From assembly GCF_963921235.1 (NCBI RefSeq), contig NC_086097.1:25918001-25982000 (forward strand): a stretch of DNA of 64,000 nucleotides. Reading direction: 5' to 3'. The notes below the pieces were generated by a model. It did not search any database. It was not told the origin of the DNA and saw only the letters and a list, made by a program, of their open reading frames with translations. Below, piece after piece: positions 28,301 to 40,300 of this stretch. The position numbers were made by a program, and so were the translations under genes. Source of the stretch: Mobula hypostoma. Lineage: Eukaryota. Each line of letters starts with the position of its first letter. Position 1 is the stretch's first letter.

Positions 28301-31300
28301 GGTCAGAGCTGTTTTCCTGGAGCACAGTAGGCTGAGGGGTGACCTTATGAAGGGTCAGAAAATTATGACAGGCATAGGTAGAGTAGATAGCTACTGTCTT
28401 TTATCCTCAGTCAGGGAAGACTCAAGTGAGTAGTTTTAAGGTGAGACAGGGAAGATTTAAAGGGGATCTGTTGGGCAAATTTTTCACATAGGAGGTGGTG
28501 ATTATATTGAACAAGCTCCAAGAGGACGGTACAATTATAATGTTTGAAACACATTTGGATAATGCTGAGGAAAGGTATGAGCCAAATCCAAGCAAATGGG
28601 ATTAGCATATACAAGCATGGATAAACTAAAATATAGAACGGTATGGTACAGTACAGGGCCTTCAGCCCACAATATTGTGCTAACCTACATAAACCTACTC
28701 CACTATCAATCATCCCACATAGCCCTCTATTTTTTCCTTTCATCCATGTGCCTATCTAAGAGTCTCTTAAATGCCCCCAACGCTGGGCTTCCCAACCTTT
28801 TTTTAATGCCATGAACCGATACCATTAAGCAAGGGGTCCATGGAATGTTAAATTTCCTCTGCACCCTCTCTAAAGCTTCTACATCTTTTCTAAAATGGGA
28901 ACAGAACTGAACATAATTCTCCAAGTGTAGTCTAACCAGGGTTTTAGAGAGTGGCAGCATTACCTCATGGATTTTGAACTCAATCCCCTGATAATGAAAG
29001 CCAACATGCTATGTACCTTCTTAACCACCCTAACAACTTGTGCAGTAACTATGGACCTGGGAGCATATGTTCCTCCACACTGCTAAGAATCCTGCCATTA
29101 ACTTTCCACTCCACCTTCAAGTTTGATTGTCCAAAGTGCATCATTTCACATTTTTTTTGGGATTGAACTCCATCTGCCACTTTCCTTGCCGATCTCTGCA
29201 TTCCGTCTATATCTTATTGTAACCCATGACAATTTTCTATACTATCGACACCTCCAAACTTTGTGTCATCTGCAGACTGACTAACCCACTCCTCTACTTA
29301 CCCATCCAAGGCAGTTACAATAATTACAGGGGTTCCAGAACAGATTAACATGGAACACCACTAGTCAGTGATCTCCAATACTTTGCCCACCACTGGCGTA
29401 AGATGAGTCGGGCAGAAGGACCTGTTTCATTGCTGTATAACTATCAATAACATAATGAGGATATGGTGTTATTTTCATTAGTTACATCAAGCATATAATT
29501 TAATCCACTCACTAATCTTTCACCCTCATAAATCTCACCAGTTAAAATCTGAGAGGTTTATACATAGAACCTAACCCTGTAGCAGGAGGAACATCAGCCA
29601 CTACATATGTTAATCTCACTGTTTGCATTCTTTCCTGAACAAAGGATGTCACCTTTGCCATTTTCCACTGTTCTGTCACCACCCTGAATCTAGGAAAACA
29701 GGAAGATTATAATTATCACCCTCACTTCCCTTGGCAACCTGGAATACAATTCAATTAGACCATGCAACATATCCACTAAACCTTGACAGTCTTTTTTAGT
29801 TAATCTTGCCTATCAAGTACATCTACAAACACAAGAGATTCTGCAGATGCTGTACATCAGGAGCAACAAAAGACAAAATGCTGAAGGAACTCAGCAAGTC
29901 AGGCAGTATCTATAAAGGGAATAAAGAGATGATGATTCTTCCACCATTTACATTACCACTGTGTTCTATTTTCTTCCTTAGTAAACATTGAGACAAAATA
30001 CTTTTTAAGTATACTACTAGCCTTACTCAATACCTCCAAATTTAGATCTCATTTATCCCTATCAAGTAGCGCCATACATCTAACCACCTACGTATTATTT
30101 AAATGCAGAAGTATTTCACTTCCTTTTTGAGAGATTGATATATATGTATACACACACACACACACTCTCTCTCTCTGAAATTCTGGACTGTAGAAAGAGA
30201 ATAAAATAAAAATGCACTAAAAGTGGGAAGCTCTCCAAGCAGCTAGGCCAACATTAATGTCTGAGCCATCATTTTCCAATCCTATTTCTCAACTGCAATC
30301 TCTTCTTGCTTATGAACTATTTCTGGCTGGAAAAAGGCTGTGTACTTAATGCACCAGTGAACCACAGCTAACCAGCAACATTCTCCTTTTAAGTTAATTT
30401 TTTTTAATTCCCCCAAGTCACATTGGTATTTTTCCACAAGGCTAATTTATACGGCAAGTTAGAACAGTACATCACAGCATTATTGGCACTTTGGCTGATG
30501 ATGATGTGCCAGCCTTTCAACCAACTCCATGATCAATCCAACCCCTCCCTCCCACACAGCCCTCTTTTGTTTCATCCATGAGCCTATTTAAGAATCTTAC
30601 AAATGTCCTTAATATATCTGTCTCTACCACCACCCATAGCAGACTGTGCATCTATAGAAGTTTATCGAAGTTTTGGTGACATGCCGAATCTACACAAACT
30701 TTTTTTTTGGCGTGTGAGTCTGTGCATTTGCGTGCGCCCGTGATGATGTCTTTTTCATGGCTTTTACAGGGGGGAGAGAGGGGGGAGAGGGGGGAGAGGG
30801 GGGGGAGAGAGGGGGAGAGAGGGGGGAGAGGGGGGGAGAGAGGGGGAGAGAGGGGGGAGAGAGGGGGGGAGAGGGGGGGAGAGAGGGGGAGAGAGGGGAG
30901 GAGGGGGGGAGAGGGGGAGAGAGGGGGGAGAGGGGGAGAGAGGGGGAGAGGGGGGAGAGAGGGGGAGAGGGGGGAGGGGGGGGAGAGGGGGGAGAGGGGG
31001 GAGAGGGGGGAGAGGGGGGAGAGGGGGGGAGAGGGAGACTGTGTGGTACGCCACTCCTCACACAGACATTTTCACAGTATTTTCCCTTTATTTTTACGAG
31101 GTTGAGTTGCGTTCTCGACACTCAATCCGGCACAGATGGAAAGCGTACTCGGGGGTGGACCCGACTAGTTTTGAACCCGGGAACCTCTGCTCCCAAGTCC
31201 AGCGCCGATGTCGCTGCGCCACCAGCCGGCCCTTCTACACAAACTTCTAAAAAAATAGAGGCACTGTTGTACCTTCTTTATCTACCTGTCCCAGGACAGA

Positions 31301-34300
31301 TCCTTTGATATGTTAATACAAAATAATTTAAAGCTATTAGTCCTCTCCACTTCTGTTCCCTAATGAGGTTCATGGACCTTGGCATTCTTTCTCCCGTTGT
31401 TAGTAATCAGCTTTTTGGTTTTGCTGACATTAAATGAGAGGTTGTTTGCACCATTCAACCAGATTTCCAATCTCCCTCCTATATGCCAATTTATCACCAA
31501 TACACAAATACAAAATCATTGTCAGACCAACTGACAGGTGATTGTAGGCTTGAGAGTGATACACGGTCAAATGCTGGTTCGGAAGCTTGATGGGCATGGG
31601 ATCTAGGGTTTCTGTACATCCTGCACTGGGCATGGACTGAACGGTGGGGGTCTTTGATAATGGATGCTGTTTTCTTGCGGCAGCGCTCCATGTAAATGTA
31701 CTCAGTGGTGGTGAGGGCTTTGCCTTTAATGGACTGGACTGTATTCACCACTTTCTGTAGCCTTTTCCATTCCTGGGCACTGATGGTTTCAGATGAGGCT
31801 ATGATGATCAATCCTGCCATCAGAGGCCCCAAGGTTCAACAACAGCTTCTCCCCCACTGCCATATAACCATATAACAATTACAGCACGGAAACAGGCCAT
31901 CTCAGCCCTTCTAGTCTGTGCTGAACTCTAACCCTAAATTAGTGCCACCGACCTGCACTCAGCCCATAACCCTCCATTCCTTTATATATCTAATAATTTA
32001 ACTTTAAGCGACAACATAGAACCTGCCTCAACCACTTCTGCTGGAAGCTCATTCCACACAGCCACCACTCTCTGAATAAAGAAGTTCCCCCTCAGGTTAC
32101 CCCTAAACTTTTGTCCTCTAACTCTCAACCCATGTCCTCTTGTTTGAATCTTCCCCACTCTCAATGGAAAAAGTCTAACCATGTCAACTCTGTCAATCTC
32201 CCTCATAGTTTTAAACTCCTCTTATCAAGTCCCCCCCCAACCTTCTACACTCCAAAGAATAAAGACCTAACTTGTTCAACCTTTCTCTGTAACTTAGGAG
32301 ATGAAACCCAGCCAACATTTTAGTAAACCTCCTCTGTACTCTCTCAATTTTATTGACATCTTTCCTATAATTCAGTGACCAGAACTGTACACAATACTCC
32401 AGATTTGGCCTTACCAATAAATTCAACATTACATCCCAACTCCTATACTCAATGTTCTGATTAATAAAGGCCTGCAGACCAAAAGCTTTCTTCACCACCC
32501 TATCCACATGAGATACCACCTTCAGAGAACCAAGCACCATTATTCCTAGATCCCTCTGTTCTACAGCATTCTTCAATGCCCTACCATTTACCATGTATGT
32601 CCTATTTTGATTAGCTCTACCAAAACGTAGCACCTCACATTTTTCAGCATTAAACTCCATCTGCCATCTTTCAGCCCACTCTTCTAACTGTCCTAAATCT
32701 CTCTTCAAGTTTTGTAAACCTACTTCATCATCCACAACACCACCTATCTTAGTATCATCTGCATACTTACTAATCCAATGTATCACCCCATCATCCAGAT
32801 CATTAATATATATTACAAACAACATTGGACCCAGTACAGATCCCTGAGGCACACCGCTACACACCGTCCTCCAATCTGACACACAGTTATCCACCACTAC
32901 TCTCTGGCATCTCCCATCTAGCCACTGCTGAATCCATTTTACTACTTCCATATTAATACCTAAACTAACCTTCCGTGTGGAACCTTGTCAAAGGCCTTAC
33001 TGAAGTCCATATAGACAACATCCACCATTTTACCCTCATCAACTTTCTTAGTAACCTCATCAAAAAATTCAATAAGATTTGACAAACATGACCTTCCTTG
33101 CACAAATCCATGTTGACTGTTCCTAATCAGACCCTGTCTATCCAGATAATTATATATACCATCTCTAAGAATACTTTCCATCAATTTATCCACCACTGAC
33201 ATCAAACTCACAGGCCGATAATTGCTAGGTTTACTCTTGGACCCCTTTTTAAACAATGGAACCACATGAGCAATACGCCAATCCTCCAGCACCATCCCTG
33301 TTTCTAATGACATTTGAAATATTTCTGTCAGAGCCCCTGCTATTTCTACACTAACTTACCTCAAGATCCTAGGGAATATCTTGTCCAGACCCGGAGACTT
33401 ATCCACTTTTATATTCCTTAAAAGTGCCAGTACTTCCTCTTCTATAATTGTCATACTTTCCATAACTACCCTACTTGTTTCCTTTACCCTACACAATTCA
33501 ATATCCTTCTCCTTAGTGAATACCGAAAAGAAATTGTTCAAAATCTCCCCCATCTCTTTTGGCTCCGCACATAACCGTCCACTCTGATTCTCCAAGGGAC
33601 CAATTTTATCCCTCACTATCCTTTTGCCAATAACATAACTGTAGAAACCCTTCGGATTATTTTCACCTTACTTGCCAAAGCAGCCTCGTATCTTCTTTTA
33701 GCTTTTCTAATTTCTTTCCTAAGATTCTTTTTAATTCTTTATATTCTTTATATTCCTCGAGTACTTCATTAACTCCAAGCTGCCTATAGTTATTGAAGAT
33801 CCAAGCAACACGAAGTCCTGTTAGTCCTGACGAAGGGTCTCGGCCTGAAACATCGACTGCACCTCTTCCTAGAGATGCTGCCTGGCCTGCTGCGTTCACC
33901 AGCAACTTTTATGTGTGTTGCTTGAATTTCCAGCATCTGCAGAATTCCTGTTGTTTTTGTTATTGAAGATCCCTCTCTTTTTCTGAACCAAGTTTCTAAT
34001 ATCTCTTGAAAACTATGGCTCTCTCTCAAACGTTTAACCTTTCCTTTCAACCTAACAGGAACATAAAGATTTTGTACTCTCAAAATTTCACCTTTAAATA
34101 ACCTCTATTTCTCTGTTACATCCTTCCCATAGAACAAATTTTCCCAATCCACTCCTTCTAAATCCTTTTGCATCTCCTCAAAGTTAGCCTTTCTCCAACC
34201 CAAAAAAAAGATCGCAATCCTAGGTCCAGTCCTGTCCTCCTCCATAATTACACTGAAACTAATTGTATTGTGATCACTAGACCCAAAGTGCTCCCCAACA

Positions 34301-37300
34301 AATACCTCCTTCAACTGCCCTGTCTCATTCCCTAACAGGAGATCCAACATTGCCCCTTCTCCAGTTGGTACTTCTATGTGTTGCTGCAAAAAACTATCCG
34401 GCACACATTTTACAAACTCCAAACCATCCAGCCCTTTTACAGAATGGGCTTCCCAGTCTATGTGTGGAAAATTAAAATCTCCCATAATCACTACCTTGTG
34501 CTTACTACAAATATCTGCTATCTTCTTACAAATTTGCTGCTCCAGTTCTCGGTCCCCATTAGGTGGTCTATAATACACCCCTATAAGCGTCACACCACCT
34601 TTCCTATTCCTCAATTCCACCCAAAAAGCCTCCCTAGATGAGTCCACTAATCTATCCTGCCAGAGCACCGCTGTTATATAATCTCTGACAAGCAATGTAA
34701 CACCTCCTCCTCTTGCCCCTCCTATTCCATCACACCTGAAGCAACAAAATCCTAGAATATTTAGTTGCCAATCACAACTCTCCAGCAACCACGTTTCACT
34801 AATAGCTACAAACATCAGATTTCTAGGTATCAACCCATGCTCTAAGCTCATCCACCTTTCTTACAATGCTCCTAGCATTAAAATAGATGCACTTAAGAAA
34901 CTCTCCACCTCCCACTCTGTTTATCCTTAGTTGAGCAAACAACTGTTACCTTTTTCTTCCTTTTCTCCTACATCAACCTCCCCTCTCCTAGTCTCCTTAA
35001 TTTGATCCCCTCCCCCCAACCATTCTAGTTTAAAGTCACCTCAGTAGCCCTCGCAAATCTCCCCGCCAGGATATTGGTCCTCCTAGGATTCAAGTGCAAC
35101 CCGTCTCCTTTGTACAGGTCACGCCTGCGCCAATAGTGGTCCCAATGATCCAAAAACCCGAATCCCTGCCCCCTGCTCCAATCTCTCAGCCACGTATTTA
35201 TCCTACATCTCACTGCATTCCTACTTTCACTGTCACTTAGCACAGGCAGTGATCCCAAGATTACTACCTTTGTCGTCCTTTTTCTCAACTCCCTATATTC
35301 TTCTTTCAGGACCTCTCCCCTTTTCCAACCTATGTCATTGGTATGTACCACGACCTCTGGCTTCTCTCCCTCCCACTTCAAGACCTCTTGGACGCGATCA
35401 GAAACATCACGGACCCTGGCACCAGGGAGGCAAACTACCATCCGAGTCTCCTGACTTCGTCCACAGAATCATCTATCTGAGCCCCTAACTATTGAGTCCC
35501 CTATTACTATTGCCCTCCTCTTCCGTTCCCTATCCTTCTTAGCTGCAGGGCTGGACTCTGTGCCAGAGGCATGGCCAGTGTTGCTTCCCCCAGGTATGCT
35601 GTCACCCGCCCCCCCCCCCCCCCGGCAACAGTACTCAAACAGGAGTACTTATTGTCAAGGGGCACAGCCACAGCCACAGGGGTACTCTCTATTACCTAAT
35701 TCTTCCGATTCCCCCTCCTAACCTTGACCCACTTGTCTGTCTCTCATGGCCCCGGTGTGACCACCTGCCTGTAACTCCTCTCTATCAACTCCTCACTCTT
35801 CCTGATAAGACGAAGGTCATCGAGCTGCAGCTCCAGTTTCCTAACGCGGTCTCTTAGGAGCTGCATCTCGATGCACCTGGCGCAGATGTGGATGTCCGGG
35901 AGGCTGGGAGACTCCACTACCTCTCATATCCGGCACTGAGAACAACAAGCTGCCCTCACACTCATACTTCCCCCTCTCTTCAAATAACAGTGGGAAAAAA
36001 AATGAATAACCAAACCCTCTTCGCCTCACCCGTTTCCACCTAAGCCCGTTTAGCCAAAGCCCTTAAGCCTTTACTCTGCTCCCAGTTCACTCTGCAGCCC
36101 GCAACCTACGCTGCCCGCTGTATAAGGCAGTGTTCCTTTTAAATCTTCTTCGTTTCACTCCCCGACGTCACACACCTGCACAGTCCTGCCTCCCTTGACG
36201 CCGATGAAAAAAAACCAAAAAATTCAAAAAAAGCTTCCTCCACACTCCTGCTTTGAATCTCAGTCTTCTTTCTCCGAATTAAACCCGAATCAGGATTTGT
36301 GTCCTTTTAAATCTTCCTCGTTTCACTCAACGTCACACGCCTGCGCAGTCCTGCCCCTCTCGACGCCAATGAAAAAAACACGAAAAATTCAAAAAAGGCT
36401 TCCTCCACACTCTCGCTCTGAATCTCAATCTTCTTTCTCCGAATTAAACCCAAATCAGGATTTGTGTCCTTTTCTGCCAACAAGTTCTTGAACCAACCTG
36501 AAAAACCTTAACACTTTTTCAACTTATTTACTTTTTCCTCTCTTTCCCAACCTCACACTAGTGTCATTTGGTTTATTTTATTGTTTATTATTGCACACAA
36601 GTTATATACATGGACATTAAAATTTTAAGTTTATGCTAACGGATATTTCCCTCATCTTGTAATGTAATAAGTTGCTGGTGCAAATAGCTAATTTTCACGG
36701 CATTTACACCCATGTCTTGCCTATGACAATAAACTTGAACTAGAAGTGGACAAAAAAAATTCTTATTGTTTTGTATGCAGAATGTAAGTGCTCTAACCAT
36801 GTCTTTACCAGGCAAGCAAAATCAATCAGAATCAATCTTTCCAAAGACAACCCCATTTTCTAATGTCAATATACCAATAACATTTTAAAAAGTGCTTCAC
36901 TGGATGCAAAAGTTGTTTTTGAAGTGTACTTCGAAGTATTTTTTGTAACACTTTCATTTCTCTGGAACTTGGACAGACATGGAAATAATCAAATGCAAGG
37001 AAGATGAGAGCATAAAAATTCCTATCTATGAGGACAAACAATAAATATTCAAGGTATTACAATACAGAGCTACTTAATTTGTTCACAGAAAAATCAGGTT
37101 CGCAGGAACCCAAATGAACTGGTGCATAAAGAAACCACAATAATATATATCCAGAATATCATAAAATGTCTAACACTGTAATTTGGACTGCAGCAGAGTA
37201 TCACCATACATTTCCAATATTTAAAAAAATCACAACAATTAGTTTGAATGATTAATTGCTTCTAAATTAAAGTGTAAACAAATATAGTACTTCATTTAAT

Positions 37301-40300
37301 TTCAATATCTGTTACAAAACAAAAACATAGTTCCTATTAGCTTTTCCCTTGAACATTACCAGAGTAAATTTGGGGGGGGGGGGGGGGGAAGATTGCAACC
37401 CAGGCCTGCACCAGCAAACCAGGTATGATTTAAAGAGGGATATTTCAAGGGCGAAGAGACAATCTTGAACAAGGTTGGAGGCAACATCGGATGTACGACA
37501 ACTCTGGCAGGATTTGCAAGACATTACTTCCTACAAAGCGAACCCAATAGCATGAATGGTAGCAATGCTTCACTACCAGATGAACTCAACACCTTCTATG
37601 TCCACTTTGAAAGGGAGAATATAACTACAGCTGTGAAGATCCCTGCTGCACCTGATGACCCTGTGATCTCTGTCTCAGAGGCCGATGTGTCTTTAAATAG
37701 GGTGAAGGTCCCCATGGAGTACCTGGTAAGGCTCTGAAAACCCGTGCCAACCAACTGACGGGCAAAGTTCCCACTTGTTTCAAAAAGGCAACAATTATAC
37801 CAATGCCTAAGAAGAATAAAGTGAGCTATCTTAATGACTATGGCCCAGAAGCACTCACATCTACAGTGATGAAATGCTTTAAGAGGCTGGTCATGACTAG
37901 ACTGAACTCTTGCCTCAGCAAGGACCTGGACCCATTGCAATTTGCCTATCGCCACAATAGGTCAACAGCAGATGCAATTTCAGTGGCTCTTCACATGGCC
38001 TTAGACCACCTGGACAACACAAACACCTGTGTCAGGATGCTCTTCATCAACTATAGCTGAGCATTTAACACCACAATCCTGATTGAGAAGTTGCAGAACC
38101 TGGGCCTCTGTACCTCCCTCTGTAATTGGATCCTCAACTTCCTAACCAGAAGACCACAATATCTGCAGATTGGTGATAACATCTCCTCACTGACGATCAA
38201 CACGATGCTCAGGGGTGTGTGTTAGCCCATGTTCTACTCTCCCTATACCCATGACAGTATGGCTAGGCATAGCTCAAATACCATCTATAAATTTGCTAAT
38301 GATAAAATCATTGTTGGTAGAATCTCGGATGGTGACGAGAGGGTGTACAGGAGCGATAGTGGAGTGGTGTCACAACAACCTAGCACTCAACGTCAGTAAG
38401 ACGAAAGAGCTGATTGGGGACTTCAGGAAGGGTAAGACGAAGGAACACATACCAATCCTCAGAGGGATCAGAAGTGGAGAGAGTGAGCAGTTTCAAGTTC
38501 CTGGGTGTCAAGATCCCTGAGGACCTAACCTGGTCCCAACATGTCGATGCAGTTATAAATGCAAGACAGCGGCTATATTTCCTTAGGAGTTTGAAGAGAT
38601 TTGGTACGTCAACAAATACACTCAAGAACTTGTATAGATGTACTGTGGAGAGCATTCTGACTGGCTGCATGACTGGTATGAGCGGGAGGGGGACTACTGC
38701 ACAGGACCAAAAAAAGCTGCAGAGGGTTGTAAATTTAGTCGGCTCCATCTTGGGTACTAGCCTACAAAGTACCCAGGACACCTTCAAGGAGCAGTGTCTC
38801 AGAAAGGCAGCGTCTATAATTAAGGACCTCCAGCACCCAGGGCATGCCCTTTCCTCACTGTTGCCATCAGGTAGGAGGTACAGAAGCCTGAAAGCACACA
38901 CTCAGCAATTCAGGAACAGTTTCTTCCGCTCTGCCATCCAATTCCGAAATGGACATTGAACCCTTGAATACCTCATTTTTTAAAAATGTATATTATTTCT
39001 GGTTTCTTACACGATTTTAATCTATTCAATATATGTATACTGTAATTGATTTATTTATTCCCTCTTCTTATGAATTGCATTGAACTGCTGCTACTAAGTT
39101 AACAAATTTCGCAACATGTGCCTGTGATAATAAACCAGATTCTGATCTTATGCAAATGCATCATGGCTTGGTATGACAACCACACTACCTAACACGACAA
39201 GAAACTGCAGAGATTTGTGGATATGTACTATCACAGAAACCAGCCTCACCTCCATGGATTCTGCCTACATTTCTCACTGCCTCAGTAGCACCCAACATAC
39301 TCAAATACCCCACCTATCCCTGACACTCTCCCTTCTCCCATCCAGAAGATACAAAAACCTTAAAGCACGACTCAAGGACAGTTTCTATGCTACTGAAACA
39401 CTACTGAACAACCCCCCCAGTACAAGACATCACTATCTATCTCATGGTGGCTTTGCACCTTATTGTCTGCCTGCAGTGCACTCTCTTTTTAACTATTAAC
39501 AATTTATTCTGCCTTCTGTTACTACTTTCCCCTGTACTACCTCAATACACTGTTGTAAGGAAATGATCTGTATGGCATGCAAAACAAAGTTTAGTTTTTC
39601 ACTGTAACCTCAGTACATGACAGTAATAATAAATGAAACCAATTTATCCTGACTTAGATACTTCCACACAACAAATTGGTCAAAATATGATGTAATAATA
39701 CATGCTGAACATCCACAGGACAAAGAATGCTACAGGAGTCCCAAATTTGAACAACATTGCTGCTGCTCTGCTCTCTCTTCCTCCCCAGCAGTAAAAGCTT
39801 TCGAAGTAATGTAATACGAAAACACCAGCTGCAATTTAACTGATGTACATGATCTTTCCATCTGTCACTGGATGAGATGAAGTTTCAGCAAGGAGACTGG
39901 GAAATAATTCAGTCTAGGTTTCATAACACACAAGCAAGAACTTGACACAAGTTGGAAAGGTAACAACAAGGCAGAGAAAATTACAACTTATAAACATTTT
40001 TTCAATTCCAAAGATAATCAGAGCCTGAGGAAAGTTTAAGGTTGGAGACACCTGCTTTCCAGCCTCTGGCTTGTGGGGCAGATAGAGTATATTACAAACC
40101 TATACTCAGTGGCCAATCTATTGGATACCTCCTTACCTAATGAAGTGTCGACTGAGTATATGTTCATGTTCTGCTGTTCCTGTAGCCCAACCACTTCAAG
40201 GTTTGACTTGATATGCATTCAGAGATGCTCTTCTGCATGCCACATGGTTATTTGAGTTAGTCACCTTGAATCAGTCGAGCCATTCTCCTCTGACCTCTCA

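Larger units (their letters stand above)
31863..36473 (-). mobile_element. Apparently full-length but disrupted CR1 LINE, same family as 12545-15980
   Basis: ORF1 remnants (Cys-rich N-terminus, esterase); ORF2 pieces with AISETW, GDFNFP, GSSDHN, YADD; (tatatggt) tail; 6-bp TSD ctgcca at 31857-31862 and 36474-36479 interrupting a Rex-type 3' end. Confidence 0.92.

Noticed and set aside
30690..31308. Pro-rich and Gly/Glu/Arg-rich ORFs in several frames
   Set aside because: Artefacts of the G/A simple repeat, which lacks stop codons.
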